A stretch of DNA of 32,000 bases, taken from assembly GCF_900199515.1 (NCBI RefSeq), contig NZ_LT963432.1, forward strand, positions 30,001 through 62,000. Reading direction: 5' to 3'. Of this stretch, positions 24,882 through 32,000 are shown one piece after another (within the stretch, counting starts at the first letter, position 1; each line of letters starts with the position of its first letter). Both the position numbers and the translations under genes were made by a program. This DNA comes from Massilicoli timonensis. GTDB taxonomy: Bacteria > Bacillota_I > Bacilli_A > Erysipelotrichales > Erysipelotrichaceae. A model generated the notes under the pieces. It searched no databases, was not told the DNA's origin, and was given only the letters and a program-made list of their open reading frames with translations.

Positions 24882-26465
24882 TTATTCACTTTGTATATCA
24901 CAGCCGTTCATCATATTTTTACTGAAGTAAAATAAGATCAGCGACAGGACAAAATTCAATGCCAGTGAGCCGTATGTTACCATTTCATACGCCGATACAT
25001 CGGTTACATGCCACTTCGTCAACATAAAAAACGTCAAGAAAATGCCCGGCAGCGCGCATAGGATCAAAATGATCATGCGAATCATATTTTCCACGATTGC
25101 CGTTGCCCGCGATTTCAAGATCCTTACCGACAAAGCGCTGGCTGACAAAAATACCAAGATATAGCCTTCCATCTGAATCATGTTTAATAAGATATCTTTC
25201 GTGGTTACGCCGAAGTAAATACCGCCGATCAAAATGGATACACAGGCGATCAATGAAATCTTGATCAGGCTCGGCAACATCGCAAACAATAATTTCTTGC
25301 CGGCGGAATCCGGAATCAGATAGATCTGATAATTTTTTAACTCCTTTAACAGATCGCAGTCCTGAAGCAAAATAAACAGAAACACATACAGCATATAGGC
25401 AAACATCTCAAAACTGTTATCCAGCACGATCGCCATTAAGAAATAGATCGCAATGATCAAAAGTTCTTGTCCCCGCAAGAGCGATCTGCCCTTTTTCATC
25501 ATCAGCAGATTTTTTGAGAAAACGGCGCCGGCACCTCGATAAAATCTAGTGTGTTTGACCTGCTTGACCTTTTTCGCATTCATATCGAAGCTGCTCTTTT
25601 TGCCGCTGCGGATCGCCTTATAATACTGCGAAAACTCTTCACTGTCCAGCATCGCATACTCATAAAAATCCGGCTTGCGACGAATAAACAGCAGCAGCGT
25701 CAAAATATAAAGCAGCACCAGCACACCTAAACCGATCGCCAAAGCAGATAGATCGTGATTGAGAAAAGCGATGAGCGCCAGCTTCATCTGCCCGAATACC
25801 GGGAAAAAGTAGAAAGCGTCTGTCATGAGGAAATCCTTGCCTGCCGCCATGATGGCAAAGTCGTTTACATAGGCTTCCCACAGCAGCAAGATCCCCGTCA
25901 AAGCCAATAATACGATCGCGATCCAGCGAACGATCGGCTTATATTTTGGATATACCAGGCTATAAAGATAGATCGTATCATTGAACTGCACCCAGATCAT
26001 GACCGAAAGCATAGAAGTGAGCAGCAGCATCCCCATGAAGCCAAAGGAAATCTCATTCTGCATGCTCATTGCCACGACCACGAACACCGTTAAAAGACCA
26101 AATAAAAATGAAGTGGTCAGCGTCGCCAAAGAGGCGTAAAGCAAGATCTGTCTTTGGGTAAAAGGACCTTTGAATAAATAAAAGCTGTCCTCCGCAAACA
26201 AAAGCGCCTTGCGTTTTTGAAACATCGTCGAAAAGACCATCAACGCCGTATAGCCTACGCCAAGCATGACGATGCCATGCTGATTCAGCGCATTCATCAT
26301 CGCCAGCGGATTTTTGTCGAGCGTCAGCATCATCACCATGATACCGACATAGCCAAGCGCACATAAGATCGTAAAGATTGCGCTGGACTTCGTTTGAAAC
26401 AGATTGCGGATCTTTGCCTTTCCTTTTAGAAACGCTAAACTAAGCAGCACTCTCATGATGTTCAC
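24882..26465 (-). CDS. Large polytopic ABC-transporter permease (internally duplicated, 'putative ABC exporter'-like), module 1
   Basis: 527 aa with two hydrophobic halves separated by a basic linker (KAIRSGKKSSFDMNAKKVKQVKHTRFYRGAGAVFSKNLLMMKKGRSLL). Overlaps the upstream ATPase 3' end by 26 nt. An alternative start lies at codon 4. Confidence 0.6.
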   Translation of the reverse strand: MNIMRVLLSLAFLKGKAKIRNLFQTKSSAIFTILCALGYVGIMVMMLTLDKNPLAMMNALNQHGIVMLGVGYTALMVFSTMFQKRKALLFAEDSFYLFKGPFTQRQILLYASLATLTTSFLFGLLTVFVVVAMSMQNEISFGFMGMLLLTSMLSVMIWVQFNDTIYLYSLVYPKYKPIVRWIAIVLLALTGILLLWEAYVNDFAIMAAGKDFLMTDAFYFFPVFGQMKLALIAFLNHDLSALAIGLGVLVLLYILTLLLFIRRKPDFYEYAMLDSEEFSQYYKAIRSGKKSSFDMNAKKVKQVKHTRFYRGAGAVFSKNLLMMKKGRSLLRGQELLIIAIYFLMAIVLDNSFEMFAYMLYVFLFILLQDCDLLKELKNYQIYLIPDSAGKKLLFAMLPSLIKISLIACVSILIGGIYFGVTTKDILLNMIQMEGYILVFLSASALSVRILKSRATAIVENMIRMIILILCALPGIFLTFFMLTKWHVTDVSAYEMVTYGSLALNFVLSLILFYFSKNMMNGCDIQSE

Positions 26466-27147
26466 CTACACATGCAAAAAACACTTCTTTCAGCGACTGC
26501 TCTTTTAATTCCGTACGCTTCAACGTCTGCACGATCTTGCCGTGATCCATGATATACGCATCATCCCATATTTCATCAATGACATCGATGATATGCGTTG
26601 AGATCAGGATACTGACACCCTGTTCCTTCAATTTCACAAACAACCGCAGCGTATCTTCAATGCTGGCAGGATCCAAACCCACCATCGGCTCATCTACCAG
26701 CAATGCCTGCGGCGAAATGATCAGCGCCAGCATCATACTGAGCTTTTGCTTCATCCCCTTGCTCAATTCCTTTGCCATCTTATCCTTTTTATCACTGAGA
26801 TCGAATAGCTCCAAATACTGTACCATCTTTTCTTCATAATGTTCCACGCGATAGGCATTCGCGATAAAGCGGACATGTTCCGCAACCGTCAAGATATCGT
26901 AGAGCACCGGCGCTTCCGGTATATAGCCGAACAGCTTCTTCGCCGCGACACTGTGATTATCATGCCCGCAGATCTTGATTTCTCCTTCATACTTCAATAA
27001 AGCCGCAATGCTTTTGATCGTGGTCGATTTCCCGGCGCCGTTTGGACCAAGCAAAACCGTAATTTCACCCGGCTTGGCGCATAGATTCACATCATCGACC
27101 GCTTTCAGTTTCCCATACGTTTTCGTTAAATGATGCACTTCGATCAT
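26440..27147 (-). CDS. ABC transporter ATP-binding protein (ABC-2/DrrA-like), module 1
   Basis: 235 aa. Walker A GPNGAGKSTT, variant signature LSKGMKQKL, Walker B ALLVDEP, H-loop STHI. RBS GGAAGGAGG. Confidence 0.85.
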   Translation of the reverse strand: MIEVHHLTKTYGKLKAVDDVNLCAKPGEITVLLGPNGAGKSTTIKSIAALLKYEGEIKICGHDNHSVAAKKLFGYIPEAPVLYDILTVAEHVRFIANAYRVEHYEEKMVQYLELFDLSDKKDKMAKELSKGMKQKLSMMLALIISPQALLVDEPMVGLDPASIEDTLRLFVKLKEQGVSILISTHIIDVIDEIWDDAYIMDHGKIVQTLKRTELKEQSLKEVFFACVGEHHESAA

Positions 27148-27173
27148 ATGATCGCCTCCTTCCTTTTGGTTTC

Positions 27174-27202
27174 AGTATATCCTACTATACTGTACACTGC
27201 AA
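27174..27202 (-). promoter_or_regulatory. Candidate proximal promoter (P2) of the ABC operon
   Basis: Minus strand reads TTGCAG (27202-27197), a 17-nt spacer, then TATACT (27179-27174), ~27 nt upstream of the ATG. Confidence 0.45.
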
Positions 27203-27225
27203 GTACAATTCTGTAAGATAGTAAT

Positions 27226-27256
27226 ATTTTACCCCCCCCCCCCCATTTTTTGTCAA
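27226..27256 (-). promoter_or_regulatory. Candidate distal promoter (P1) whose spacer is a G13 homopolymer
   Basis: Minus strand reads TTGACA (27256-27251), AAAAAT, G13, then TAAAAT (27231-27226). The spacer is 19 nt in this sequence. Confidence 0.4.
27232..27244. repeat. Homopolymeric C13 (+) / G13 (-) tract
   Basis: Counted directly: 9 C at 27232-27240 plus 4 C at 27241-27244. It is the only long G:C homopolymer I noticed in the window. Confidence 0.95.
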
Positions 27257-27317
27257 TCTTTTCCACATCCAAATCAGCTCTATTTCATCTCTTCCCTGTT
27301 TCATAAGCGTTTTGATC

Positions 27318-27346
27318 AAAAAATAAGAGCATCCTGAAATGCTCCT
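27318..27346 (-). terminator. Rho-independent terminator of the aminopeptidase gene
   Basis: Minus strand reads AGGAGCAT-ttcagg-ATGCTCTT (one G-U pair) followed by ATTTTTT. Confidence 0.65.
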
Positions 27347-27358
27347 ATTCTTCATGCT

Positions 27359-28591
27359 TTACAAGACAAAATTACCGTCCGCGAATACCGCGACTTCCTT
27401 TCCGTCTTCCAAGATGCCGGTAATGCACATATCGGCTGTACCGAACATAAAGTCCACATGCGTATTGGAATCATTGGCACCGGCCTTTTTCAGCTCCTCC
27501 TCGCTCATGGTCAAACCGCCGGCCACATTCATCGCATAAGCACGTCCCAGCGCCAGATGACAAGAGGCATTTTCATCAAACAGCGTGTTCAGAAACAACA
27601 GATTGCTCATCGAGATCGGTGATGCGTATGGCACCAGTGCCACCTCGCCGATATAATGACTGCCCTCATCAAAATCAACAAGCAGTTTCAACGCCGCTTC
27701 CTCTTTTTTCGCCCCGCAGTCTACGACCCGGCCCTTTTCAAAACGGAAATAAAAATCTTCGATCAATTTACCGTTATGATCCAGCGGCTTGCTCGCATAA
27801 ACTACCCCGTTTACGCCTAAGCGATAGGGCATGGTAAATACTTCCTCCGTCGGCATGTTCGGATTGAATACGATGCCTGCTTCACTGACTTCACAGCCGC
27901 CGGCCCAAATATGATCCTTCACCAATTCGACCCAAAGATCGGTACCCGATGACTGACTGGTAAAATGCAGTTTTTCAAAACGCAGCGCATTCAGCTTTTC
28001 TACCCGCTTTGCCAAAGTGGCATTGTGCTTTTCCCATACGGCAACCGGATCATCGTTATCGACATGCACCGCTTTTAAGATCGCATCCCACAGCGCCTCC
28101 AGCGCCTCCTCTTCCTTTAAGTGCGGAAATACCTGTTTGGCCCATTCCTTGTTCGGTACGGCGACGATCGACCACTGCACCTTATTTTTGCTGGTATAGG
28201 CATTGACTTCCTTCATGGCCGCTCCTCTCGCCTGCATCGCCTTTGCGCTTTTCGCAGGATCGACATCTTTCATGACGCCCGGGATCCCGCAATGGATCTT
28301 CAGCAGACAAGCGCCTTCCTTCAAATAATCCAGCTTGCTTTCCACCTGCCAATTACGCACATGAGAAAGGGTTTCTTCACTTTGATAGGTATAGTGCATC
28401 GCCGCTATTCTTTCATCTTCATAGTTTACGATGACTTCCTTGGCGCCTGCCTCATACGCCGCTTTTACACAGGCTCTGGTAAAGTCGATCGCCTCTATTG
28501 AAGTATTGAGGATCAGCGTCTGTCCTTTCTGCACGTTGGCACCCATCTCTACTGCCAGTTTGGCATATTGCTCTAATCGTTTCTGTTCCAT
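27359..28591 (-). CDS. M29-family aminopeptidase (AmpS/PepS-like)
   Basis: 410 aa. The N-terminus LEQYAKLAVEMGANVQKGQTLILNTSIEAIDFTRACVKAAYEAGAKEV and the C-terminal region HLALGRAY...NDSNTHVDFMFG are characteristic of peptidase M29. Confidence 0.8.
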   Translation of the reverse strand: MEQKRLEQYAKLAVEMGANVQKGQTLILNTSIEAIDFTRACVKAAYEAGAKEVIVNYEDERIAAMHYTYQSEETLSHVRNWQVESKLDYLKEGACLLKIHCGIPGVMKDVDPAKSAKAMQARGAAMKEVNAYTSKNKVQWSIVAVPNKEWAKQVFPHLKEEEALEALWDAILKAVHVDNDDPVAVWEKHNATLAKRVEKLNALRFEKLHFTSQSSGTDLWVELVKDHIWAGGCEVSEAGIVFNPNMPTEEVFTMPYRLGVNGVVYASKPLDHNGKLIEDFYFRFEKGRVVDCGAKKEEAALKLLVDFDEGSHYIGEVALVPYASPISMSNLLFLNTLFDENASCHLALGRAYAMNVAGGLTMSEEELKKAGANDSNTHVDFMFGTADMCITGILEDGKEVAVFADGNFVL

Positions 28592-28627
28592 ATGTTCACT
28601 CCTTCTTAAACCAGATTGGCTGTTTTA

Positions 28628-29347
28628 TTAAAAATGCTTGCAGCGATCCTGAAAGTGCGCATAGATCGCATCATTGTCAAAGCCGTCCACATTTTGTGAT
28701 TGAAAGATATATAACGGCTTGCCGGCTGCTACGACCTTGCGTATTGCCTCGTCGACGATCAAATTCATCAAGAACATGCCGACGATCGTTGAAGCCGGTC
28801 CGCTTTGATAAGGGCCGATCTGCGCAAGTGCGTCGCCAAAAGGCACACAGGTGTCAAGGACACAGTCTGCACACTCATACAGCTTTTTCCCGCTCGCATG
28901 ACGGCTCTTCGCCTGTTTGGATTGGCTTACATTCGTCATAGCAATCGTATAGATTCCTTCTTTTTGACAGCGCATCGCCATTTCGATCGGTACCGCATTT
29001 CTTCCCGAATTGGAAGTAATGACCATAAGATCACCTTTTTCAATGCGGTAAGAATCAAAGATCGCATCCGCCACACCGCTGCACTGTTCCATCCTGCCGG
29101 CACGCTGTGCACCGAAGCTCGGAATGGTATCCGGATCTAAAAGCGCATTGATATTGCCTAGACCGCCGGCTCTGGCAAACAGCTCAACGCCGATCATATG
29201 CGAATGTCCGGTGCCAAACACATGAATGATCCGATCCTGCATGATCGTCTCTGCAAAACGCGCTGACAGCGCTTCGATCATTTCCCTGTTTTGTTCTTCT
29301 GCCTGCTTCATCACCGCAAGCAGCGCTTCACTATATGCAAATTTCAT
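28628..29347 (-). CDS. SIS (sugar isomerase) domain protein, UPF0309-like
   Basis: Start moved to 29347 (MKFAYSEALL), which has GAGGAGG upstream. IHVFGTGHSHMIGVELFARAGGL and VITSNSGRNAVPIEMA match the SIS fold. Confidence 0.7.
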   Translation of the reverse strand: MKFAYSEALLAVMKQAEEQNREMIEALSARFAETIMQDRIIHVFGTGHSHMIGVELFARAGGLGNINALLDPDTIPSFGAQRAGRMEQCSGVADAIFDSYRIEKGDLMVITSNSGRNAVPIEMAMRCQKEGIYTIAMTNVSQSKQAKSRHASGKKLYECADCVLDTCVPFGDALAQIGPYQSGPASTIVGMFLMNLIVDEAIRKVVAAGKPLYIFQSQNVDGFDNDAIYAHFQDRCKHF

Positions 29348-29470
29348 ACTATCCTCCTCTTTGTATCGGAAAACACATCTTACTGAAACATTGTACCATC
29401 TTTTTCTTATGAGTTGTACTATCATCCTGATAAATCGCATCGTTTTGTCTTTCCATCCTCTATTTTCCCA

Positions 29471-29498
29471 TAAAAAAAGACCACAGTTATCTGTGATC
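29471..29498 (-). terminator. Rho-independent terminator of pfkA-pyk
   Basis: Minus strand reads GATCACAG-ataa-CTGTGGTC (one G-U pair) followed by TTTTTTTA. Confidence 0.7.
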
Positions 29499-29510
29499 CT
29501 TTATATTTGC

Positions 29511-30935
29511 TTAACGCACTTCGATGATCTTCATCGCATTGGTAGCACCGACACCGACCGGATAGCCGGCCACCACGATGATCAGTTCGCCCGGTTTTAC
29601 GCCCTGCTCTTTTGCGATATTGCTTGCTAATTCGATTTCATTTCCTAAATTGTTCGATACTTCGCTCAATACCGTCGTAACGCCCCATACCGGCGCCAAA
29701 GCGCGCTGGGTGACTTCATCAAAGCATACGGCGATGATCGGACACTTCGGACGGAATTTTGCCAATCGGCGTGCGGTATTGCCGCTTTGCGTAAAGGCGA
29801 TCGCCGCCTTGACATCTAATGCCAGCGCCGTATCGGCAACAGAAATACCGATTGCGTCATTGCGCGTTTTCTGACAAGACTTCACTGCTGATTTCAAACG
29901 GTCTTTATAAGGGAAGGTCTGTTCGATCGCTTTACCGATCGTATCCATCGTATGTACAGCTTCGATCGGATACATGCCCGCCGCAGATTCACCCGAAAGC
30001 ATGATACAGTCCGTACCATCTAAGATCGCATTGGCAACATCGCTTGCTTCGGCACGAGTCGGACGCGGATTGCTCTGCATGCTTTCCAGCATGTGCGTAG
30101 CGGTAACGACCGGCTTCCCAACCCGATTGGCAGCCTTGATGATCGCCTTCTGATAGATCGGCACCAGTTCCAAAGAAACATCGACCCCGAGATCTCCGCG
30201 GGCAACCATGACGCCATCCGATACTTCCAAGATCGCATCCAGATTGTCAAATCCTTCCTGATTCTCGATCTTCGGAATGATCTGAATGCCGTCTCGTTTT
30301 TCTTCATGCAGGATCTTGCGGATCGCTAACACATCTTCCGGACGGCGGGTAAAAGAAGCCGCGATAAAATCGACATCCATCTTACAGCCGAAACGGATAT
30401 CCGCTTCATCCTTTTCCGAGATGAACGGCATAGAAAGCTTGACATTTGGCAGGTTGCAGCCTTTGCGGCTCTTTAAGGTATGCGGATTTTCAACCCGGCA
30501 TTTCAATACGCCGTCGCCTTTTTCCAAGATGGTAACGCGCATTTTTCCATCATCCATCAAGATCGCGCCGCCGACTTCTACATCATCAAAGATTTCCGGA
30601 CACTGAATATGAAAACGCTCATGTGTTCCCAACACCTTTTCCCGGACGATCGTAACGATCTCGCCTTTTTCATAGTCCTCAGAACCGTTTTCAAAATCAC
30701 CGAGGCGTACCTCCGGTCCTTTCGTATCCAATAAGATCGCAATGTTCTTGCCGGTCTTTTTAGATACCTCACGGATATTATGGATACGCTTTGCATGCTC
30801 CTCATAATCCCCATGGGAAAAATTCAAACGAATGATATTCATTCCTGTATCTACTAATTTTTCCATCATTTCCATACTTTCAGACGCCGGTCCGATCGTA
30901 CAGATAATTTTCGTCTTTCTTTCCATCAATTTCAT
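29511..30935 (-). CDS. pyk: Pyruvate kinase (short form, no C-terminal PEP-utilizer domain)
   Basis: 474 aa. KIICTIGPAS, NFSHGDYEEH, MVARGDLGVDV and the MLSGESAAG motif. Confidence 0.95.
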   Translation of the reverse strand: MKLMERKTKIICTIGPASESMEMMEKLVDTGMNIIRLNFSHGDYEEHAKRIHNIREVSKKTGKNIAILLDTKGPEVRLGDFENGSEDYEKGEIVTIVREKVLGTHERFHIQCPEIFDDVEVGGAILMDDGKMRVTILEKGDGVLKCRVENPHTLKSRKGCNLPNVKLSMPFISEKDEADIRFGCKMDVDFIAASFTRRPEDVLAIRKILHEEKRDGIQIIPKIENQEGFDNLDAILEVSDGVMVARGDLGVDVSLELVPIYQKAIIKAANRVGKPVVTATHMLESMQSNPRPTRAEASDVANAILDGTDCIMLSGESAAGMYPIEAVHTMDTIGKAIEQTFPYKDRLKSAVKSCQKTRNDAIGISVADTALALDVKAAIAFTQSGNTARRLAKFRPKCPIIAVCFDEVTQRALAPVWGVTTVLSEVSNNLGNEIELASNIAKEQGVKPGELIIVVAGYPVGVGATNAMKIIEVR

Positions 30936-30964
30936 TCCTTCCTTTATTTGTCGTTTGTATTGCT

Positions 30965-31927
30965 TTATACCAGCCGTTCAAACAGATTATACAACTGTTT
31001 GCGCGATTCTCTCGGTACGCTCAGCGCTTCTTCGATCGCCACATCGACGATCTCGTTTTGCTGGATGCAGACGCAGCGTCCGCCGATTCCCTGCATCAAC
31101 AGATCTACTGCCTTTTCTCCCATTCTGGAAGCGAGCACACGATCGGAAGGCGTAGGCGAGCCTCCGCGCTGAATGTGCCCCAAAATGGTGGCACGGCCGG
31201 AAAAACCGGTTGTTTGCGTGATCTTTCTGGCAAACTGATGCACATCGGTGATCTTTTCTGAGATCAAGACGATGGCATGGCGCTTTTTACGAACCAGATC
31301 GAGCTCTCTCAAACGTTCCAGCACTTCTTCTTCATCAAAGCCGGTCTGCGCCGTTACGACGATCTCCGCCCCACAGGCGATGCCTGCCCAAAGCGTTAGG
31401 TCGCCGCAGCGATTGCCCATGACTTCGACCACCGAACAACGATGATGCGAACTGGACGTATCGCGCAGCTTATCGACTGCCTCGACTACGGTATGAAGCG
31501 CTGTATCAAAGCCGATCGTATAATCGGTGCTGGTGATGTCATTGTCAATGGTACCCGGCAAGCCGATACAGTTGATGCCCATTTCCGTTAATGCCAGCGC
31601 ACCACGGTAAGAACCATCTCCGCCTATCACGACCACCGCTTCAATGCCGCGTTTCTTTAACTGTTCCACAGCCTTCTCCCGCACGCTTGGATCTTTGAAT
31701 TCCGGCAAGCGGGCAGAGCCGAGCACGGTGCCGCCGCGATCGATCACTTCTCCGACTTCCTTACGGGTCAACGGTTCGATATGTCCATCTACCATGCCTC
31801 GGTAGCCGTCATAGATGCCAAATACTTCAATGCCGCTGTTTAAGGCCACTCTGGTAACGGCGCGGATCGCCGCATTCATGCCCGGTGCGTCACCGCCGGA
31901 AGTCAGAACACCGATTCTTTTTATCAT
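30965..31927 (-). CDS. pfkA: ATP-dependent 6-phosphofructokinase
   Basis: Start at 31927 ([24 protein letters not shown]), which has GGAGGTG 7 nt upstream. Also GGDGS, PGTIDND and MGNRCGDL. Lies 29 nt upstream of pyk, the classic pfkA-pyk operon arrangement. Confidence 0.95.
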   Translation of the reverse strand: MIKRIGVLTSGGDAPGMNAAIRAVTRVALNSGIEVFGIYDGYRGMVDGHIEPLTRKEVGEVIDRGGTVLGSARLPEFKDPSVREKAVEQLKKRGIEAVVVIGGDGSYRGALALTEMGINCIGLPGTIDNDITSTDYTIGFDTALHTVVEAVDKLRDTSSSHHRCSVVEVMGNRCGDLTLWAGIACGAEIVVTAQTGFDEEEVLERLRELDLVRKKRHAIVLISEKITDVHQFARKITQTTGFSGRATILGHIQRGGSPTPSDRVLASRMGEKAVDLLMQGIGGRCVCIQQNEIVDVAIEEALSVPRESRKQLYNLFERLV

Positions 31928-32000
31928 AAAAAGCACCTCCAATTCCGTGTCTTATTCTAACACTATTCTGATTATTTTTCTACCTTCTGCTGCTGCCTTT

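Noticed and set aside
27181-27215. Short inverted repeat TGTAC-n7-GTACA in the ABC-operon leader as an operator
   Set aside because: The arms are only 5 bp, it overlaps the candidate P2 -35 and spacer, and such short palindromes are expected by chance in AT-rich sequence.
31980-32000. Possible 3' end of another minus-strand gene (reads ...KGSSRR-stop) at the right edge
   Set aside because: Only 6 codons are visible, which is too little to support any call.

Overview
This window looks like a low-GC Gram-positive (Bacillota-type) chromosomal segment. The supporting signs are strong GGAGG-type ribosome-binding sites, CIRCE operators, and B. subtilis-like gmk...priA and pfkA-pyk gene order. Most genes are housekeeping genes on the minus strand:
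- Replication and translation: priA (5' part, runs off the window), gmk, rqcH.
- Thiol export: a cydD-cydC-type thiol/ABC exporter operon that continues into a YgbA-like Cys-rich protein and a DUF454 membrane protein.
- Amino acid and cysteine metabolism: asnA, cysK-cysE.
- An uncharacterised three-gene unit: gamma-carbonic-anhydrase-like, LUD-domain, and ArAE-type membrane protein fused to a degenerate HAD domain.
- Heat shock: clpB and an hsp20 gene, both behind CIRCE (HrcA) operators.
- Fe-S assembly: nifS-nifU with a divergent Rrf2 regulator.
- Other: M29 aminopeptidase, a SIS-domain protein, pyk and pfkA.

Three regions look accessory or unusual:
1. A HipA-like kinase gene on the opposite strand, sitting between gmk and priA.
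2. An intact AT-rich ISL3-family insertion sequence with an 8-bp target duplication and multiple subterminal repeats.
3. A four-gene tandem ABC module (ATPase plus ~530-560 aa permease, twice). Its upstream region carries a 13-nt G:C homopolymer placed exactly as the spacer of a TTGACA/TAAAAT promoter pair, which makes it a candidate phase-variable switch.

No rRNA, tRNA or CRISPR array was seen. All family calls rest on motif recognition by eye; no database search was possible.
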